NCBI GenBank assembly: GCA_951406725.2 | Contig: OX597815.1 | Location: 51,088,001-51,152,000 of the forward strand | Length of the DNA stretch: 64,000 nucleotides | Direction of reading: 5' to 3' | Origin: Octopus vulgaris | Lineage: Eukaryota | In this document: positions 35,807 to 49,585 of the stretch, piece after piece | How positions within the stretch are numbered: position 1 is the stretch's first letter | Layout: the number at the start of each line of letters is the position of its first letter | Position numbers and translations under genes: made by a program | The notes under the pieces: model-generated | Databases searched by the model: none | What the model was told of the DNA's origin: nothing | What the model saw: only the letters and a program-made list of their open reading frames with translations

Positions 35807-36836
35807 TCCGAAAATGTATAAAAATGTACAAAAACGGCCAAAAAGCTGGCAGCAATGTGAGTGACAACAACGAAAAAGTCAAAAGTGATCAAACTGAACA
35901 AACGAAAGGAAAAGTTTTTTGATGCACACGACAAAAGTGGTTTATAATAAACCAAGAGTTTGCAAGTAGCGTCCGAGGACCGTTAGGGTACGTCAAAAAT
36001 TGAAGGTAAAACGTTTGGGGTGGTAGTTATAAAGAAAGTTTAAACCAAAAAAGTATTCGAATAACTTGCGGCTGCAGCAGCTATTAGCAGAAGTGGCGGT
36101 GTTGGGGGTAAAGTCTCGAATGTAATTTCTTCCTGGTAGGAATTGGTTGGATCGAATTATCGATAGCTAAAAAGGTCAAGTTGCGTCCCCTAGACAGTCT
36201 GGTTTGTGTTTAATACACAAATTTGTTTGCTATGTGTGCCACATATGATTAAATTAACCGATTTTTTCCAATAATGTATCCTATTGGAATAAAAAGGGCT
36301 ATATAGCTCCTTGGAGCAGACATGATGCTCGTTGTGAAAAAAAAAAAGATTCCTGCCAATTTGTGAAAGATATTGTCGAAAATATGTCATCTTGAATTTG
36401 AACGCGATTTCCCAAAATGGCATGATTTTATCGATTGTTTCTGATGGTAAGGTATTGCATGGAAAACTAACGTCAGAATTGAGTTTCTTAGGGTAACATT
36501 AAGCTTCACCATGAGTTTGGTGAAAATCGATTGCAAGTTGTGAAAACTACCATAGATAATGCGTTGCATAAAAAAGCTTAGATTCTCGAGTTGCGTCCCC
36601 TAGACAGTCTGTGGTTCATGTTTATGATTCTCGACCCCATGTCGAATTTATCAATTTTTCTCAGAACTGGGGGAACTTTTCAAAATTTTCGCTGCGTTAG
36701 TTTTGAATTATGACATTGGGCTATGTGTGTGTCAAGTTTCATCAGAATCGGTTGAAAGCCGTGGTCAGGGTGAGGGTACGAGAAAACAGACACACAGAAG
36801 CACGCACAGACAAACTGCCGTTTATATATAGAGAGA

Positions 36837-37956
36837 TTACTTGAAGATTTTGGTGAAATAGAGGAGGTTATAGCATCACATGATGTGGAAGATGACTGGA
36901 GGTTTCTACAGGACAACCTGGTGAGGGTTACTGACCAGATCTGTGGACAGTGCAAAGTCCCCTCTCGACCCAAGGTAATGTGGTGGTGGAACAATGTAAC
37001 TTAGTAACAAGGTAATGTGGTGGTGGAACAAGGGCCATTAGGGAAAAGAAACAGGCATGGAAGGACTGGGAGAATGGTAATAGCAAAGAATTGTATCAGA
37101 TTGCCAGAAGGGAAGCTAGGAGACAGGTTTACTTAGCCAGATAAGAAAAAATTTGCCAATATTCTACATCATGAGGACCAAAAACTTGAAGTGTTTCGTG
37201 TTGCAAGACAGTGTGTGAGAGAGAATCATGATGTCATAGGAGAGAAATGTGTCCACATGGATGATGGCTCACTTGCATTTAATGACGCTGCAAAGAGAGA
37301 GACTTGGAGACACCGCTATGAAAGGTGGCTAAGTGAAGAGAATGAAGGGGAGAAAGAGAATCTGCCAAATGTCAACACAACAGCGGGATCAACTATCTGA
37401 ATTGACAATACCTTGGTAGATAAAGTAATTAAGGGTGTGAAGACAGGGAAAGCATCACCCGTCAGGAATCACCGCAGAGATGCTTAAAATATCTGGCGGT
37501 GTTGGCTATAGTCTAGTCACCCACATAGTCAATCAGGTGATACATGAAGGAGTCATACCCAGTGACTAGTGTAGCATCACCATAGTCAACTGCTACAAAG
37601 GTAAAGGTGATGCATTAGATAAAGATAATTACAGAGGTGTCAAGTTGTTGGAACAGGTAATGAAAGTCATGGAGAGGCTCATAGCCCAACTAATTAAGGA
37701 GATAGTCAGTTTAGACAAGATGCAGTTTGGGTTTATGTCTGAGAAAAGCACCACTGATGCTATATTTCTGGTAAGACAGCTGCAGGATAAACCAAAGATA
37801 AACCACTGTACTCAGTTTTTGTTGACACGGAGAAAGCCTTTGACAGGGACCCAGATCCCTTATTTGGTGGTCAATGTGGAAACTAGGGACAGATCAGTAG
37901 TTAGTGAGAGCTGTACAAGCTATATACAGGGATACTGTCAGTGAGGTAAAGGTTGG
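36837..37956 (+). pseudogene. RTE-type LINE, continuation (linker and N-terminal RT domain), decayed and truncated by a SINE
   Basis: LLEDFGE...VMWWWNN, YKGKGDALDKDNYRGVKLLEQVMKVMER, QFGFMSEKSTTDAIF and FVDTEKAFDR. Confidence 0.88.
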
Positions 37957-38329
37957 TGACTGTGGCCATGCTGGAGCACCATCGTTAGTTGAGCAAATCA
38001 ACACCAGGACTTATTCTTTATAAGCCTAGTACTTATTCTATTGGTCCCTTTGCCGAACCACTAAGTTACGGGGACATAAACACACCAGCATCAATTGTCA
38101 AGCGATGTTGTGGGGGACAAACACAGACACACAAACATATACACACACATATATATACATATATACGACGGGCTTCTTTCAGTTTCCATCTACCAAATCC
38201 ACTCACAAGGCTTTGGTTGGCCCAAGGCTATAGTAGAAGACACTTGCCCAAGGTGCCACACAGTGGGACTGAACCCAGACCATGTGGTTAGGAAGCAAGC
38301 TACTTACCACACAGCCACTCCTGCACCTA
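37957..38329 (-). mobile_element. SINE family A, young copy
   Basis: Reverse complement of the 19068-19505 type. Confidence 0.85.
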
Positions 38330-38869
38330 TTTGTTAGAATATTTAACATGATGTCATGAGGAATTTGTTTTGGTTCCTTATATTCTGAATGCAAATCCAC
38401 CCTAACCCTATTTGAGCAAAAGACATAATCCATCGCTCATCTGGTCTTTGGGTACCCTTAACAGTGTCCACTCCATTTCAAGTATTTGGACCAGGTCTTC
38501 GGTTTAAGATTAGCTTCTTTTTTTTATTCTTACTAGTATTAGAAGTGCTATAAAGAGTCATAGACACCTCCCTTCCTTCCTGAAAAAAAGCAATAAAAAA
38601 AGAACCATTTTCAATAGACATGCTATATTATATGGCTTTCACTCAGAACAAACATTCTTGTTGTGAATAGCAGTATGAATTCCTTCAACTAATCTATACT
38701 CGACATAATTGGAAAAAAATTCTTTGAAATAATCCTATTTTAATAGGTGTAGGCACAACTGTGAAGAAACAAAATTTGCTTAGTAGCTGTATGGTTTCAG
38801 GGTCCAAGCAAAAGGTGTGTGTGTATGTGTGTAAGTATGCCTGTATATGTGTATAACTTTTATCCTTGA

Positions 38870-39070
38870 TTTATCATTAGACTGTAGCCATGCTGGGGCA
38901 CCACCTTAAAGACTTTATAGTAGAAGGAACTGAGCCCAGTATTTTTTTAAGCTTGGTAGTTATTCTATCAGTCTCTGTTGCTGAACTGCTAAGTTATGGA
39001 CATAAACACACCAACACCAGTTGTCAAGCAATGGTAGGAGACAAACACTGACACAAAGACACGTGCATAT

Positions 39071-39112
<42 letters not shown>

Positions 39113-39128
39113 GATAGATAGATAGATT

Positions 39129-39172
<44 letters not shown>

Positions 39173-39300
39173 CATACGATGGGCTTCTTTCAGTTTCCAT
39201 CTACCAAATCCGCTCACAAAACACTTGCTCATGTTGCCACACAATGGGGCTGAACCCAGAACCATGTGGTTGGGAAGCAAACTTCTTACTACACAGCCAC
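38870..39300 (-). mobile_element. SINE family A copy with expanded central microsatellites
   Basis: Same head and tail, with (GATA)n and (TG)n in the middle. Confidence 0.75.
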
Positions 39301-41919
39301 ATGAATGGTTATTTACACATACATCACATGAACCGTTTAGGTAACAGTGATGTTATCTTTACATCTTCTGAAAAAGGTTAATCCTGTAGCTCCTAACATG
39401 AAAAAGAGTTAAGGGTTGGTGATAGGAAAGGCATCCAGTTGTAGAATACTATTTTAATAAACTTCATCCAACCTGTATCAGCTGGGTAAAGACAAACTTA
39501 AAAACAATAAAATGAACAAACAATATATAAATCGATGAGCAAAATATCTCTCATTATATATAATGTGTGATTAAGTCAAGCATCAGAAAATATGTGACAG
39601 TGTTATTTGGAAGAACAGTGTTTTCTACTTCTTATTCACGACTGGATGCATTTGAAAATTTTGTTTTGATCCTTCTTGATAAAATGTAGCAATCTGAATA
39701 TATTGTTTATTGGACCAATTCATCACGAAGCTGAATCTTGAGCATCAATTTACAAGTCCATTAATATATAAATTGAATCCTCTCTCTTCTTTTCATTTTT
39801 TGCTATTTTTCTTTTGCATCTTTTGTCTCTCTTTCCTCATTCATTAAATCTCTCTCTTTTCTCTCTCTCTCTCCCTCTCTCTCTCTCTCTTTCTTTTCTC
39901 TTTCTCTCTTCTCTCTCATGTTTAAATTTCTGTCATTGATTGTATTAACAAAGCTTAAGCCTTAAGCTATTTCAGAGATTTAATTAGAATTTTACGAATC
40001 ATTAAAATCAGTGGTTAGTTAATGAAAGGTGTTGCAAAAAAGCTTGTAGGCAAAGCAACAGATCATAATTTGAGAAAGTATACAAGATAGTTTGTATAGT
40101 TTAAAATAAATAGAGCTATTTCATTCAATAATTATTGCTATTGTGACTACAGACTTTAATATTTTTTGTTTATTTTCTTAATGGGTAGCAGCATTTTATA
40201 TCAGCCTGATTCATTTCCCCACTATTTTTACTTAAAACAAAAACGATAAATATTTCTGGTCTATTCAGACATTTACTTTTACACTTCATCTGTTATGAAT
40301 AGTAGCTAAATACCCCTCAAATTATTCCTTACAATCATAAATGAGAAAAGGATACACTTGATAATGTAGTCCTGCAAACCTTGGAAAAGACAGAATGATC
40401 ATGGCTGGAATGGGTTTTATCACTGTTCTCAATTAAAACTAACCTAGACCTATATATTAAAACATATACTATTAATTTAAAACCAAAAAAAGTTAAGCTG
40501 AAGTGAATAGATTTTTAATTCATTAAAGGATACAAACTGATAATGAGCAATCACAATAAATGGATGATACAACTATCCACCAATATATGGCTTTCTCTTA
40601 CATGAAACACTGATTTCAAATTTTGGCACAAGGCCAGCAATTTCAGGGTAGTGGGTAAGTCTGTTACATCAACCCCAGTAGTCAACTGATACTTTTATCA
40701 ATCCTGAAATTTGAACTAAGAACATAAAGACAGACAACATGCTGCTAAGCATTTAGCCCAGCTTACTAATGATTCTGCCTGCTCGCTGCTTCTAATGTGA
40801 AATATTACCAAATCATGTTATTCTAAAATCCCTGAGTAAGCAATTATTAATTAGAAGTTGTGCTGCTACTGTAGACGCAAAAAGTACTTAGAACACCTGA
40901 AAGAAATTAAACTCTATCACCAAGTAGAATGCATTTGTATGCATTAAAAACTCTAGTAAGTCATATCAAGAAAACAGATGATATTTTCTGGAAGCTTTCC
41001 CTTCCTTCCTCTCTACTAAGGCAACCAATCGTTCTGGTCCCTTGCCAGGATTTTCTCAAACTTGGCTGAATTCTCCTCAACTTTAGTGATTCCTCACACT
41101 AAACACATTTGCTGCCCACTGCTTAAACACTAATTCTACATTTATTACATGCTGAACATCTTTAGCCACTTAATACTAACCACAGAGAAAAGAAGTTCTT
41201 TGACAGTTTGGTACATTACAAAAAAGTATTTAGAGCTCATTGCCAATCTCTACCCAGCCAATTTTGATGTAGATCAGGACTTAATTATCTCATTCAAGCA
41301 TTACTTTTATATTGCAGTGAGCTAGCCACATCACCTTACACTTCTCTTCTGTCACCTGAATGAACAACTCAAAATGTTTTGTTATAAAATGTAACTACAT
41401 TGTCTCATTCAGCAATAAGAAAAAGAAAATATACCCACAAAATAATGAGAAAGTCTCTATATAGATACTTAACCTGCTCTAAATAGCTGCCAAATCTCTC
41501 TCAAATCTGCATCCTACTGTCTCAAAACAAAAACATTAGATGATGTAATGCTACATACATTATATCTGAAATTATAAAGACAGGTCAATCATCATCAGAA
41601 AGCTCCATCTTGGCTGATCTGGGTTCAAGCAACAATAATCCATAAATGGCAAGTTCCTTACTAATGAACAGTGTACAGCACATCTGTTCCGTATGAATGT
41701 TTGGATAAATAATCTCAATATGCTTTTACAGGGATTCTTCATTTTTTACATTGTTCAAGACAGCAAAAATGTGTCCTGGAAATTGTCACAACATTCCACT
41801 TGAAAAATGGAATAGATTGGAAAAAAATTTGAACTTATTTGGGATTGTTTCTTGCCATATGATTTCATTGAAATTTATCTCAATGCATAAAAGCACTATC
41901 TTTCATATATAATGGAGCT

Positions 41920-42800
41920 TAACTTAGAAGTATCTCTGGAGAGATAATTGAGATGCCAGAACATAGTGCTATGAAGAGGTACTTCAACAAACTCCTCAGA
42001 ATAAATTAACATAATTACAAGTTCTTTTAGGTGATTAATAACACAGGTATAGGTGGCATAGATCTACCTGTGTAAGTGAAGTGAGAATATGGTGTAATTG
42101 AATATAAATGGCACAATAATTATACTTAAGCCAGTTGTAGACAACATGAAAACTATGATAATCTCTACTTATGCTTCACAAGTAAAATTGACAAAGCAAA
42201 AGAAATAATTTCAGAAGACTTTCAAACAAACTATCTCAAGAGTTGTTAACAGCTATAACATCATCGTAGCTGGTGATTTCTGCAGTCATATTTAGAAATA
42301 TCAAAATGGGTATCTTGCAGATAATAGCTCTGATCATTGGATGAGAAATAGAAAGGAATGAACAGTAGTCTGTATTGAAAATAATCTTATTATTTACAAT
42401 GTAAACCTCAGAAAAATAGTCACTAAATTAGTCGCCTATTACTCAAGGGAGCATAAGGGCCCTGTTGATTTTGTTCTCACCAAAAAATAAGATATCCACT
42501 AGTTGTGTATATTAAATCTTTATTTGGTAGGGAATGTATCTCCTAAACAAATATTAGTGGGAAACAAGCTCAGACTAATGAACAGGAATAGGAAATGAAT
42601 AGCATGTAGGATAAGGAAAATATGAAAGCTAAAATATTCTAGTGATGGGGAAAAACTTCAATCACCAACAGATGATACCTATTTAGGTAGGAAAAATAAA
42701 AAAAGAATTATGACAGAAAGAACAGCTGAATGTTCGTAAGGGATAATTTGCTGATATACATAAACAAGTCTCCTGAATAGCACAGGGCCTCACTCAAGAA
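41920..42800 (+). pseudogene. Very old RTE-like endonuclease-region fragment
   Basis: Residual SGEIIEM, IVAGDF and VDFVLT motifs, colinear with the 29870-30692 LINE. Confidence 0.4.
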
Positions 42801-43157
42801 GTGGGATACATGGGTAAAAGCTGTTAGAGCTTAGTGCCAAGTCTTTAAGTAGTGGAAGCAATTTAGTTTCATACACTTATTTTCATTCATTCATTTTTAC
42901 ATAATTTTTCCATACTACCATGGGTTAGATGAATGTATCATTGGGGCATAGTCTTACAGCTGAATGTCCTTCCTGTTGCTAATATCAACCTGGTTTCAGA
43001 TAAGGGACCTCTTATTCCACATGTCTTCAAAGGTGCAGAACTAGTGGACAATTGGAGAAATGCCAATAATATTGCTGTTTGTAGCTCAACAATTTTTGGA
43101 GAACCAAATATCTAAACAAATATACAGATATAATCATATGAACACACATATGTAAAG

Positions 43158-43330
43158 TTGCATGGCTTAGTGATTAGGATGTTGGACTCATGATCAAAAG
43201 TTTGTGGTTTTGATTCCTGGACTGAGCAATGTGTAGTGTTCTTGAGCAAAACACTTCATTTCACACTGTTCCAGTTCACTCATCTGGTAAAGAGGAGTAA
43301 TCCTGAAATTGACCAACATCCCATCAAGGG
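43158..43330 (+). mobile_element. Third tRNA-derived SINE type
   Basis: TGGCTTAGTGATTAG A-box and GGTTTTGATTCC B-box, followed by GTGTTCTTGAGCAAAACACTTCATTTCAC. Confidence 0.55.
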
Positions 43331-43527
43331 AGGAATATACGCATCAGAGAAACTGAAGTGGCTCAATGCTTCTTACAGAGTAATGGGAACTAACCACCAC
43401 ATATATTGTAGTACAAGTAGAAAGATATATTTTTCAATGCATAAGTACTGAAAGAACAGCATAGATAAGATAAAATCCTTACAGAGCAGAAAAATCTGTC
43501 AGCAACCAGCCATGACATTATAAATAT

Positions 43528-45649
43528 ATATATATTATATAAAATCCATTGTCTATCTGTGTGTGTGTCTTCTAGGATCTCGGGCATCCTCCATCAGATT
43601 GCGCTCAAATTTTATATGTAGATACCAACGGTATCGGGGTGTGTATAAGTCTTGAAAAAAATTGCAAAACTCGATTCCAGGTGAGAATGCGATCGATAAA
43701 GCCATTGGAACGTGCATTTGTACGTGCAAGTACACCAGCTGTTGCAATCAATACTATGCGTGCACAAGAAAAATGCACTGCAGTTTGCACAAAAAAAGCC
43801 GGCTGGCTTGAAATAATGCCACAAAATGCAGTATATTTAAGAGACCAAAAAAGTAAGATGCAAAAGAGATATTTTCTTCAAACTTGGCATGAAGGAAGGA
43901 AAGACTATTTGGTTTCTCAAGAAGTTTTTTTTGCCTTAACTTCGTTTAACAAAACCAAAACTTTTATTGAAATAAAGGCATGCTTGATTATTTTTTAATG
44001 AAAAGAAAACACTGATTGCTTTTTATTCAGCTGATATGATTCAGCACCGTCCATGTGTGCATAAATTAGTTTGTATATGTTTTATATCATATATGTATGT
44101 GTGTGTGTACATGTATATCATCATCAATCAATATCTATAAATCTGAAATGCGAAAAGTTTGTTTGTCTGGTTTTGGCATTGGAACGGGTTAAAGGGCACT
44201 AGATCCCGTGGGATTGACTCCAAAATTTATAGGGACATGTAAAATGAGGTGAGGATGTCAGTGGGCTAGCTTAGAAATCCCTATCTTAAAAGGTGTGGTT
44301 ACTAGGGCAAAAAACGCACACTTTGACAAGTCTCCTCCCATTCTCTTATCTGCCTGTCTTCCTCCATCTCTCTCTGTTTCCTCCCTTCCCATCACTTTCT
44401 CTCTATAACGTCGCTTGACAGTGTCTACTATCTTTCCCCCGCCGCCTTCGCCAGCGCTGTCACTCACTCTCTCTCTCTCTGTCTGTCTGCATTCATAGAG
44501 AGAATTATCATCGCCACCACCACCACACAATCATGAGAACAAATATTATGAATCAGATATTTATTGGGTTAATTTATATATGTGTGTGTGTTCTATATAT
44601 AAATATGTATATATAATGTATATATACAAAGTGTATATATCATCATCATCATCATCGTTTAACGTCTGTTTTCTGTGCTAGCACAAGTTGGACGGTTCGA
44701 CCAGTGTCTGGGAAGCCAGGAGGCTGCACCAGGCTCCAGTCCGATATATATGTATATATATATATAATGTGTGCATTATGTGGTCGGTTGAGCTGAAAAT
44801 ATGCACACCTATGTTAAAAGTGCTGGCGAGTTTGCATGGCAACTATTTTTTCCTCAAATGAAAGACGTGACTTCTGGGACAAAATTCCTCATCTTATAAA
44901 ATGTGGCCCGAGTAAACAGAAATGAAATTGGGTTATATTAACCAAAATGTGAAAAGAGGTTTAAATTGGGCTGGAAGGGATTTAAAATTTACAGGAGCAG
45001 GTGTTTAGGAATTCTCTGTTACATCAAGCTAAAAAATTTGCGCCAGCCTTTAAACCATCAATGTGTTGCCATCCATGATGAAGAATTTTTGAATGCTTGC
45101 CATGGTGAGTCTACTGTCGTGAGAAAGAATCACTTCAAAACTTGGTGTTTAGGAATTTTCTTTTACAGCAACTTCAAAATTTTACGCCAGCCATTAAACT
45201 GCCACTACATTGCTGTTGGTCATTAAGAAATGCCAGCCATGGTTACTCTACTATCCTCAGATTCTATCCCTTCAAACTTTGGTTTCCAATATTTTTTTAT
45301 TTTTATTCAGCTTGCAAGTTTGTCTGTCCCTTTTAAATGTTAGTGTCTTGCTGTCCGCCTTGAAGCAGACCTTTCCGTTGTCACTGCCTGATATTTATGA
45401 TTGATCTTTCAAAATATTTTATTTCTCAACTTACTCAAGATCTTTTGTTGTTTATAAATGGGAGATAGATAGATAGAGTAAGATAGAGAGTAAGAGAAAG
45501 CGAGGGAGAGTCCGAGAGAAATGAAGAGTAAGAGAATGGGAAAGTGAGAGAGAAAGGAGAGAGAAACAAAGAGGGAGAATGTGGTGATAAAAAACAGAAA
45601 GTAACAACCACACTCTTACCCGTGCGTAGAGCGGGTCACCTTAAGCTAG
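43528..45649 (+). mobile_element. Non-autonomous Helitron(s): clear 3' end, two candidate 5' ends
   Basis: 3' hairpin ACCCG-TGCGTAGAG-CGGGT (45618-45636), then CTAG|T (45646-45650). 5'-like ends near 43530 and at 44128 (A|TCAATATCTATAAAT...GTTTGTTTGTC). Confidence 0.6.
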
Positions 45650-45651
45650 TG

Positions 45652-45725
<74 letters not shown>

Positions 45726-47147
45726 TAAACTAATGTAAATAGTCAGCTTATCGAATTCTTTGGGATTGTTTTTTTTTGTATCTGATCATGCCTTTTGCCC
45801 AACAATCTCCCAAAGTAAGAATTCAACACCTCTCCCTTTTAACTGTCATTGGGAATGCATATCATTTATGAATCTTCCCATCTGAGTCATTTCCTGGATA
45901 AATAAACCTGACCTTTTTCTTCCCACCTGCAGTTCTTGTCTAGTCATGAAATTTAAGCACTAGCAAGCTAAGTTAGAACTTGGATGATTGACCTCTTAGG
46001 AAACCTGGGTACTGCAATGAAAAACCTTTAAGGCACAGATACAGTTGTATAGTTAATAAGTTCACTTGCTAACCATGTGGTTTTGTGTTCAGTTCCACTG
46101 CATGGCATCTATTATAGATCAAGTCTAACCAAATAAATCCATTGTGTGTGCATGTGTATTGAATCCAAAAACCATGTGATTGTGAAATGAATTACTTACC
46201 CACATGTTTGTGCCTGTTATAATGGTATAACATATAATATTAAAGTTGTAGTTTTTCAATCTATGTAGAAAAATATGATTCTGATAAAATGTGAACAAAG
46301 CAGACGGCTTTTGATGTATGATTATGAAAGCATAATTGAACATGATGGCTAATCTCAGACTATCTGAATATGACCACTGGTAAACTTTTGTAAATGCTTT
46401 ATTCCCTGTGCACTAGACTGACTAGATAACAATATACTTTATACAAAGCAGTGATAAGCCTAATCAGCTAATGAAATGAGCTTTTCTGACTTTTTTTATC
46501 TGTAAAATTTCTAATAATATTATCAAAATCAATTTCTCTGGCGATGCTCAATCTTGTTAAATCAACAAGTCAAGTTTGAGAGATGGTAGACCTTAAATAG
46601 TTTTTGATATGTTTAAGTTTGTTTCTGCTAATGTTGTTACAGCCGATATTGTCAACAATATTTTCAAACTAATGTAAACAGTTGAAAATATTTCATTAAG
46701 TTTATAAATTTACCAAGTAAATAAATTTAAGAATTCTAAAAGTTTTAAGTTCTTGTTTTCCAAATTTGTTTCATATGCTGGCATTAAAACTTTGTAGCAT
46801 GGAGGTCAGTAGGAATATTGGTGTGTTCACACTGTCGCTTATTCTTCTAGATCATTTTCAGACAATGGGGGATATTTCCACAAAAATATCAAAATTATGA
46901 GTCAGACACTTAAGGTCAATAAAATGTGAAGTTAGTTGTGCAAAGACTGATTGATAAAGACTTTATCAATCAAAACATGATACAGATTTTCTGATGTAGG
47001 CCTCTTATGGTTAATCCTGTATCAGTTATTCCTGCCAATTAGCATTAAGCATTGAGTTGTAGTGTACCCGTTTTCTCTTTCAACTCATGCCCTATGCACA
47101 CACAAGAGTTTGATGTTTATCTCAAGGTCAGATATCCCTTTCTTCTA

Positions 47148-47189
<42 letters not shown>

Positions 47190-49382
47190 GATGGGCTTCT
47201 TTCAGTTTCTGTGTACCAAATCCACTCAAGGCTTTGCTTGACCTGAGGCTATAGTAGAAGACACTTGCCCAAGGTGCCACACAGCAGGATTGAACATAGA
47301 ACCATGTGGTTGAGAAGCAAGTTTATTACCATACAGCTACTCTTACTAGTCATCATATTTTTCTTCATTAAGCAATTTATGTTGATTTTTGTAAACTTAG
47401 ATCTAAGATTTAAGGACACATGCAAGAGTGACCCGACCAATATAAACCATTATATATATTCCCTTTTATACAAATCATGTTCTGATTTTCAATGTTTGTG
47501 CAGACATTTCACAGTTATTTACTCTGTTTTTATATATTTCATGACAACAGCCACATATTCAATATTGTAAACTGGAAGATGACTGTAGCTTTTTAAGTTA
47601 ATAATATACATGAACTACTCACAAATCTTGGGTGAAAAATCTTATGCACTTTTGCAGTACATGACTTTAGAGTACCTCAGTTTTTGGTTTTGTTTCCCCA
47701 CCTTCTTCTTCCTCTGCATCAACAACCAGCTTCTCATCACTCCATCACTTCCTCTAATACAGAAATACTAATCTTCACTCCTCACTTATATTCTGCACCC
47801 AAACATTACCCGCCTTGTACACCTCTCACAATGTCTCATAAACCTACTCTAATGAGGTCATGCTAATTTTGTCCCCTTCAGTACTTCAAAGAAACAATAT
47901 CTTTACATATCAATAAAACAATCCACTTGACTGATTGGCCTAAAGTCTCACACTCCAAGCTCTGGCACCTAGACATACTGTCACATCTCTCTGTCTTTTC
48001 TGCTATCAGTAGAAAATGCTACAATAGCCTGTCTGCTCTTGTGCTACTATCAGTCTCACACTCCCAAATCAGTATCTTTCCTTTTTTCTTGCACTTTCCC
48101 TGGACCTACTCTAAGAGCTTCTTCCCCAAAATGTCCACTCCTTGAAATGTCACCTGTACATTTTTCCTACAGCCTTCACTTAGTTTTTACAAGGGGCTTG
48201 CTAACAGCTTCAATCTCAGTTGTTTTAGAGAGCTTATGATGACCATGCACACAACCCCTTCCTCCAGACCAAAACTATGAAAGAAAATCACGGGTACATT
48301 GCCTGAAAACTATTATTGTACTGGAAATAAAAAAAGAACAAGAACAAATTATTTTCAACTTATCCCATTATTGAATCTTGCATGTGTTCTGGACATATTA
48401 TGTCAATAACTGAATAATGAGTGACCTACTAAGGACAACTAATATTTTGGCTCATAAAGACCCATGTTTGTAAGATTGCCTCCAAAGATATTGAAAATAA
48501 GCAAATAGTGTAGTGGGAGACATATTCAAAGTTTTCAATGTTATCTCTAAAAGTTTTAACCATCATATTCTCAGTTTCACAACTATTGAATATTCTGTTT
48601 TATCAAAAGATATGATGAAAAAAATTTAGCCCATCTTCAAATCTTACCACTTGCTGTTTTATTAATAAAATCCAAGTAAAGCAGCTTGAAGCAAGATCTT
48701 AAAAGCAAATGCTAGCAAAGGTTCTTTATTGTTTTTAGTTTTAGATTTTTCATATGAACTGATGAAAGTAATGGAGTAACATTTTATTAATACATAATGA
48801 AGGTTGTTGCTAAATATATTTAAAAACTATCAACAAACTAAATGATTAAATAGCAATCCTTTGCAGCACTATAACCATAACTACAAATACATATCTTTGA
48901 TATTTCAGAGTGATTCTTTTCATTCCACTTTGTGTTTTACCTCTTGCTTTTTGACTTCAAACTGTTTAAAGATCTGGATCAGGAACTCTATTAGGGTTGG
49001 ACTTGAACCAAGTAAGATAGGATGAAAAGGAGATGGTGTGTTTCACATAACTTTTATTTGAACAAATGGAGAGAAAATATGTTGATGTAGTTTTCTTTGC
49101 CCTGGGGAACATAATCTTGATACTATAATATACATTCTAATTTGCTTAAAACAGCTATGTCTATAATATCTATAATAGTATAAATAACACCTCTTCACAA
49201 TGTGGTTTAATATGTCAGGCAAATATATAAAAATATCTTTGTTTATATATATATTCATATGGTAAATCTAATATTTCCTTCTTTGGATCTCTACAGAGTT
49301 GAAAGGCTTTTATTGCATAAGACAGGGGTATCTTTTTGAGGAGTTTCTGTGGAAATTTGAAATTGATATTTCAGGCACATTT

Positions 49383-49585
49383 AAGGTGGTGAACTGGCAG
49401 AGTCATTAGCATGCTGGGCAAAATGGTTAGTGGTGTTTCATCTGGCTTTATGTTCTCAGTTCAAATTCTGCTCAGGTTGACTTTGCCTTTCATCCTTTTG
49501 GTGTTGATAAAATAAATAGGGTCGATGTAATCAACATACCCGCTTCCCCCAAAACTGCTGGCCTTGTGCCAAAATTTTAAACCAA
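49383..49585 (+). mobile_element. SINE family B copy
   Basis: Same as 5430-5645. Confidence 0.7.

Larger units (their letters stand above)
30693..36836 (-). mobile_element. Complete Helitron rolling-circle transposon (6,144 bp)
   Basis: On minus: A|TCTCTCTATATATAAA 5' end at 36836, subterminal hairpin 30705-30720 and CTAG|T 3' end at 30693. No TSD. Encodes RepHel. Confidence 0.96.

Noticed and set aside
30748-35882. Numerous short overlapping or antisense ORFs within the Helitron (e.g. 31626-32159, 32926-33333, 34953-35423)
   Set aside because: Shadow frames of a GC-rich coding region, with no motifs of their own.
35686-35955. First 90 codons of ORF 33811-35955
   Set aside because: Translates the 61-bp tandem repeat and AT-rich leader. 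MPPKKRR at 35685 is the more plausible start.
46948-46972. Perfect 12-bp-arm palindrome TGATTGATAAAG-A-CTTTATCAATCA
   Set aside because: Isolated, short and AT-rich, with no associated element evident.
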